Assembly (NCBI GenBank): GCA_963720755.1
Contig: CAVRGP010000004.1
Coordinates: 1-17,601, forward strand
Direction of reading: 5' to 3'
Origin: an uncultured Chloroflexia bacterium
Lineage (GTDB): Bacteria > Chloroflexota > Limnocylindria > Limnocylindrales > CSP1-4
Length of the DNA stretch: 17,601 nt
The position numbers and the translations under genes were made by a program. Shown in pieces: positions 14,787-17,601 of this stretch. Position 1 is the first letter of the stretch. Every line of letters begins with the position of its first letter. The notes under the pieces are model-generated. The model saw only the letters and a list, made by a program, of their open reading frames with translations. It was not told the origin of the DNA and ran no database searches.

Positions 14787-16232
14787 TCAGGCGGGCTGGG
14801 CGAGGACCAGGATCCGGACTTCGGTCATGTCCTCGATCGCCCACCGAAGACCTTCTCGACCCAGGCCGGAATCCTTGACCCCGCCATAGGGCATGTGGTC
14901 GATCCGGTACGTCGGCACATCGTTGACGATGACGCCACCGACCTCGAGTTCCCCGAACGCGCGCCAGGCGCCCGCAAGATCGTTGGTGAACAACCCGGTC
15001 TGGAGCCCGAAGGCGGAGTCATTGACCATCGCGATGGCCGCATCGAGGTCGTTGAACCTCGAGGCCACGATCAATGGCGCGAAGGCTTCATCGGCGCAGA
15101 CGTGCGCGCTGGCCGGAACGTCGGTCAGGATGGTCGGTGGGAAGAACGTGCCGTCGGCGCGCCCGCCCAACCGGATCTGCCCGCCCAACGAGACCGCCTC
15201 GTCGACCCACTGCTGGGTTCGGGTGGCCGCCGCGGCGTCGACCATCGGCCCGAGATCGGTGGCCGGGTCCAGTGGGTCGCCGACCTTGAGTGCCCCGGCG
15301 GCCTCGACGAATCGATCCATGAACGTGTCCCAGACCGCTTCGTGGATCATCATCCGCTGGACGCTGATGCAGACCTGACCGGCGTAGGCGAACGCGCCGA
15401 CAAGATTGCGCCGCACGGCCCAGTCGATGTCCGCGGACTTGTCGATGATCACACCGGCATTGCCGCCGAGTTCCAGAACGACCTTCTTCTTGCCGGCACG
15501 TTCCTTCATCCGCCAGCCCACCGCCGGCGATCCGGTGAAGGTCAGCAACTTGAATCGCTCGTCGGCGACCATCCGATCGCCCGACTCGCGCGTCATCGGG
15601 AGGATCGAAACCGAACCGGCCGGGACGCCCGCCGACTCGATGATCTCCGCGACGGTCAGCATCGTCAGCGGGTCCTTCGACGGCGGCTTCAGGACGATCG
15701 GGTTGCCGGAGGCGATCGCGGGGGCGAGCTTGTGGGCGGCAAGGTTGAGTGGGAAGTTGAACGGGCTGATTGCCGCGATCGGGCCGATCGGAAAGCGTCG
15801 GGTGATGCCGACCCGATCCTTCGACGACGGCATCAGGTCCAGCGGGATGACCTCGCCGGTCATGCGTTCGGCTTCCTCCGCGCCCAGCCGGAAGGTCAGC
15901 ACGGCTCGATCCACCTCGACCAGGGCATCGCGGATGGGCTTTCCAGCTTCACGGGCGATGAGCCGACCGAGTTCCTCGCGGCGATCGCGGATGCCGGCGC
16001 TTATGTCGCGGAGGATCCGACCGCGCTCGTAGGCTGGCATGCGACGGGTGACGTCGAACGCCGCGACCGCCGCGGCGACGGCCTCCTCGTACTGCTCGGG
16101 ACTGGCGTTGTAGGTGGCCCCGGCCGGGGTCGTCGCGTCGGCCGGGTTCTCGACGACGAGGACGTCGGGCGAATTGACCCAACGGCCGGCGAGGAAGATC
16201 GGGTGCGGCTTGGTGCCGGCGGCGACGGTCAT
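14787..16232 (-). CDS. NAD(P)-dependent aldehyde dehydrogenase (resembles ALDH family 21 / lactaldehyde-DH-like group), 481 aa
   Basis: Motifs: ISPFNFPLNL, FTGSPAVG, LELGGN (Glu), AGQVCISVQR (catalytic Cys), MPYGGVKDSGLGREG. A GAGGAG RBS (16247-16242) lies 9 nt before ATG 16232. Confidence 0.95.
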   Translation of the reverse strand: MTVAAGTKPHPIFLAGRWVNSPDVLVVENPADATTPAGATYNASPEQYEEAVAAAVAAFDVTRRMPAYERGRILRDISAGIRDRREELGRLIAREAGKPIRDALVEVDRAVLTFRLGAEEAERMTGEVIPLDLMPSSKDRVGITRRFPIGPIAAISPFNFPLNLAAHKLAPAIASGNPIVLKPPSKDPLTMLTVAEIIESAGVPAGSVSILPMTRESGDRMVADERFKLLTFTGSPAVGWRMKERAGKKKVVLELGGNAGVIIDKSADIDWAVRRNLVGAFAYAGQVCISVQRMMIHEAVWDTFMDRFVEAAGALKVGDPLDPATDLGPMVDAAAATRTQQWVDEAVSLGGQIRLGGRADGTFFPPTILTDVPASAHVCADEAFAPLIVASRFNDLDAAIAMVNDSAFGLQTGLFTNDLAGAWRAFGELEVGGVIVNDVPTYRIDHMPYGGVKDSGLGREGLRWAIEDMTEVRILVLAQPA

Positions 16233-16303
16233 GGAAGGGATCTCCTCATGGGGTACGGTTGGCATCGTACAACCGCCCGGACAACCCCGAACCGAGGTCG
16301 ACG
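16233..16303. promoter_or_regulatory. Compact divergent intergenic/promoter region (ALDH operon <- -> ppk2)
   Basis: There are 71 bp between divergent starts. RBS-like GAGGAG (minus strand) and GAGGT (plus, 16294-16298) are present, and a -10-like TACGAT occurs on the minus strand at 16269-16264. Confidence 0.5.
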
Positions 16304-17122
16304 ATGGCCCACGCATCTGATCTGCGCCCCGCCCTTCTAGTCAAGCCGGGAACGCGGGCGCGACTGGCGAAGATCGATCCGAACGCAACGTTCGGGTTCG
16401 ACAAGGCGACGGCGGCGCCGCCGACCCAGCGCTGCCTCGAGCGACTGGCGGACCTCCAGGACCGGCTGTGGGCCGAGTCCCGACGATCCGTCCTGGTCGT
16501 CCTCCAGGGGATCGACGCCGCCGGCAAGGACGGCACGATCGGCAAGGTCATGGAAGCGTTCAACCCGCAGGGCTGCGTGGTGTCATCGTTCAAGGTCCCG
16601 ACGACCGAGGAGCTCGCCCACGACTTCCTGTGGCGCATCCACAAGCGAACCCCCGGCAAGGGCGAGATCGGCATCTTCAATCGCTCGCACTATGAGGATG
16701 TCCTCGTCGTTCGCGTCCACGACCTCGTCCCGAAGCGGGTCTGGTCCAGGCGCTACGAGCAGATCAACGAGTTCGAGCGAACGCTCGCCGACGCTGGCAC
16801 CACGATCGTCAAGTTCTTCCTGGCCATCGACCGGGACGAGCAACGCGAGCGCTTCCAGGCGCGCTACGACGACCCGACCAGACGCTGGAAGTTCTCGATG
16901 GGTGATCTGGAGGAACGCAAGCGCTGGGACGCCTACCAGCAGGCCTTCGACGACGCCCTCACCAAGACATCCACGTCCTGGGCGCCCTGGTACGTCATCC
17001 CGGCGAACCACAAGTGGTTCCGGAACCTGGCGGTCGCGTCCATCCTGGCCGACACGATCGCCGGCTTGAAGCCCGCTTACCCGCCGGAACCAGACCTGCC
17101 TGCCGACCTCGTCATCGAGTGA
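16304..17122 (+). CDS. ppk2: Polyphosphate kinase 2 family, class III-like (polyphosphate:nucleotide phosphotransferase), 272 aa
   Basis: Walker A QGIDAAGKDG, SFKVPT.EELAHDFLWR, FNRSHYEDVL, lid RRWKFSMGDLEER and APWYVIPANHKWFRN. ATG 16304 has a GAGGT RBS. Confidence 0.93.
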   Translation: MAHASDLRPALLVKPGTRARLAKIDPNATFGFDKATAAPPTQRCLERLADLQDRLWAESRRSVLVVLQGIDAAGKDGTIGKVMEAFNPQGCVVSSFKVPTTEELAHDFLWRIHKRTPGKGEIGIFNRSHYEDVLVVRVHDLVPKRVWSRRYEQINEFERTLADAGTTIVKFFLAIDRDEQRERFQARYDDPTRRWKFSMGDLEERKRWDAYQQAFDDALTKTSTSWAPWYVIPANHKWFRNLAVASILADTIAGLKPAYPPEPDLPADLVIE

Positions 17123-17126
17123 CCTA

Positions 17127-17141
17127 GCGGGCCTAGCCCGC
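17127..17141. terminator. Small hairpin between convergent ppk2 and DUF853 genes
   Basis: GCGGGC-CTA-GCCCGC forms a perfect 6-bp stem in a 33-bp convergent gap. There is no U-tract. Confidence 0.3.
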
Positions 17142-17155
17142 GCCGACCATCGAGG

Positions 17156-17601
17156 TCAGCGACCCTTGCCGCCGAACAGGGTCCCGAATACGCCCCGGAT
17201 GACGTCCTGGCCGAGTCGCGAGGAGGCGACCTTGCCACCGGTGCGGATCGCGTTGTCGATGGAGCGCTGGTGTGCCTTCGCCGCATCCGCCTTGGCCTTG
17301 GCCTCGACCTTGCGCGCGCGCTCGGCCGCCTTCTGGGCCGCGGCGAGTTCCCGGGCCTGACGGGCGATCTCGCGCTGCTGCTGGGCCGCGGTCATCGTGT
17401 TCATCGCTGCCGCAGTCGTCGGGTCGACGCCGGCCTGCACCGCCGCCTCGGCGGTGGCCGCTTTCGCCGCCACGAGCCGAGCGGTGATCCGTTCGTACGC
17501 ACTGTCGCGATCGATCGTCGCACCGTACTTGGCCTGGATCGGACTCATCGCGATCCGGCCCCGGAACTGGACCTCGTCGATCGGCGACATGAGCGAGTCG
17601 G
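17156..17601 (-). CDS. C-terminal part of a DUF853 / HerA-like (YjgR-type) ATPase, 5'-truncated by the window
   Basis: The frame is open to the window end. It reads SPIQAKYGATIDRDSAYERI, an Ala/Gln/Lys-rich linker and the terminal GQDVIRGVFGTLFGG, typical of DUF853 C-termini. Confidence 0.8.
   Translation of the reverse strand, partial: DSLMSPIDEVQFRGRIAMSPIQAKYGATIDRDSAYERITARLVAAKAATAEAAVQAGVDPTTAAAMNTMTAAQQQREIARQARELAAAQKAAERARKVEAKAKADAAKAHQRSIDNAIRTGGKVASSRLGQDVIRGVFGTLFGGKGR

Noticed and set aside
14412-16340. 642-aa plus-strand ORF
   Set aside because: Antisense shadow of the well-supported ALDH/ACAD genes.
17270-17480. Ala/Gln/Lys-rich quasi-repetitive stretch
   Set aside because: Low-complexity helical linker within the DUF853 C-terminus, not a DNA repeat array.
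1-17601. CRISPR arrays, tRNA/rRNA, riboswitches, IS elements or integrases
   Set aside because: None recognised. Intergenic gaps are short and show no regularly spaced repeats, cloverleafs or transposase motifs; a covariance-model search of 10260-10504 would be needed to fully exclude an ncRNA.

Overview
High-GC bacterial window (host not determinable from sequence alone) with two zones. The left, accessory-looking zone (1-10,500) holds the 3' end of a Wzz/PCP-like polysaccharide co-polymerase gene coupled to an orphan ParA/Soj-type ATPase (+). These converge on a tightly coupled six-gene minus-strand operon: carrier protein (ACP) -> atypical acyl-CoA-dehydrogenase-fold flavoprotein -> amino acid:[carrier protein] ligase (SerRS-like, Bll0957/Atu2573 type) -> DUF1839 protein -> divergent GH2 glycosidase -> fused double alpha/beta-hydrolase. 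Upstream lie a frameshifted, internally deleted MBL-fold hydrolase pseudogene (+) and a SAM methyltransferase (-). The right zone (10,505-17,601) has a catabolic operon (aldehyde dehydrogenase, acyl-CoA dehydrogenase, ADP-forming acyl-CoA ligase, enoyl-CoA hydratase), a divergent class III PPK2 and the 3' end of a DUF853/HerA-like ATPase. The best candidate for an undescribed system is the six-gene operon. It reads as a tRNA- and NRPS-independent, carrier-protein-based line that activates a small amino acid, oxidises it and transfers it, possibly onto a surface glycan. All family calls come from motif recognition by eye; no searches were run.
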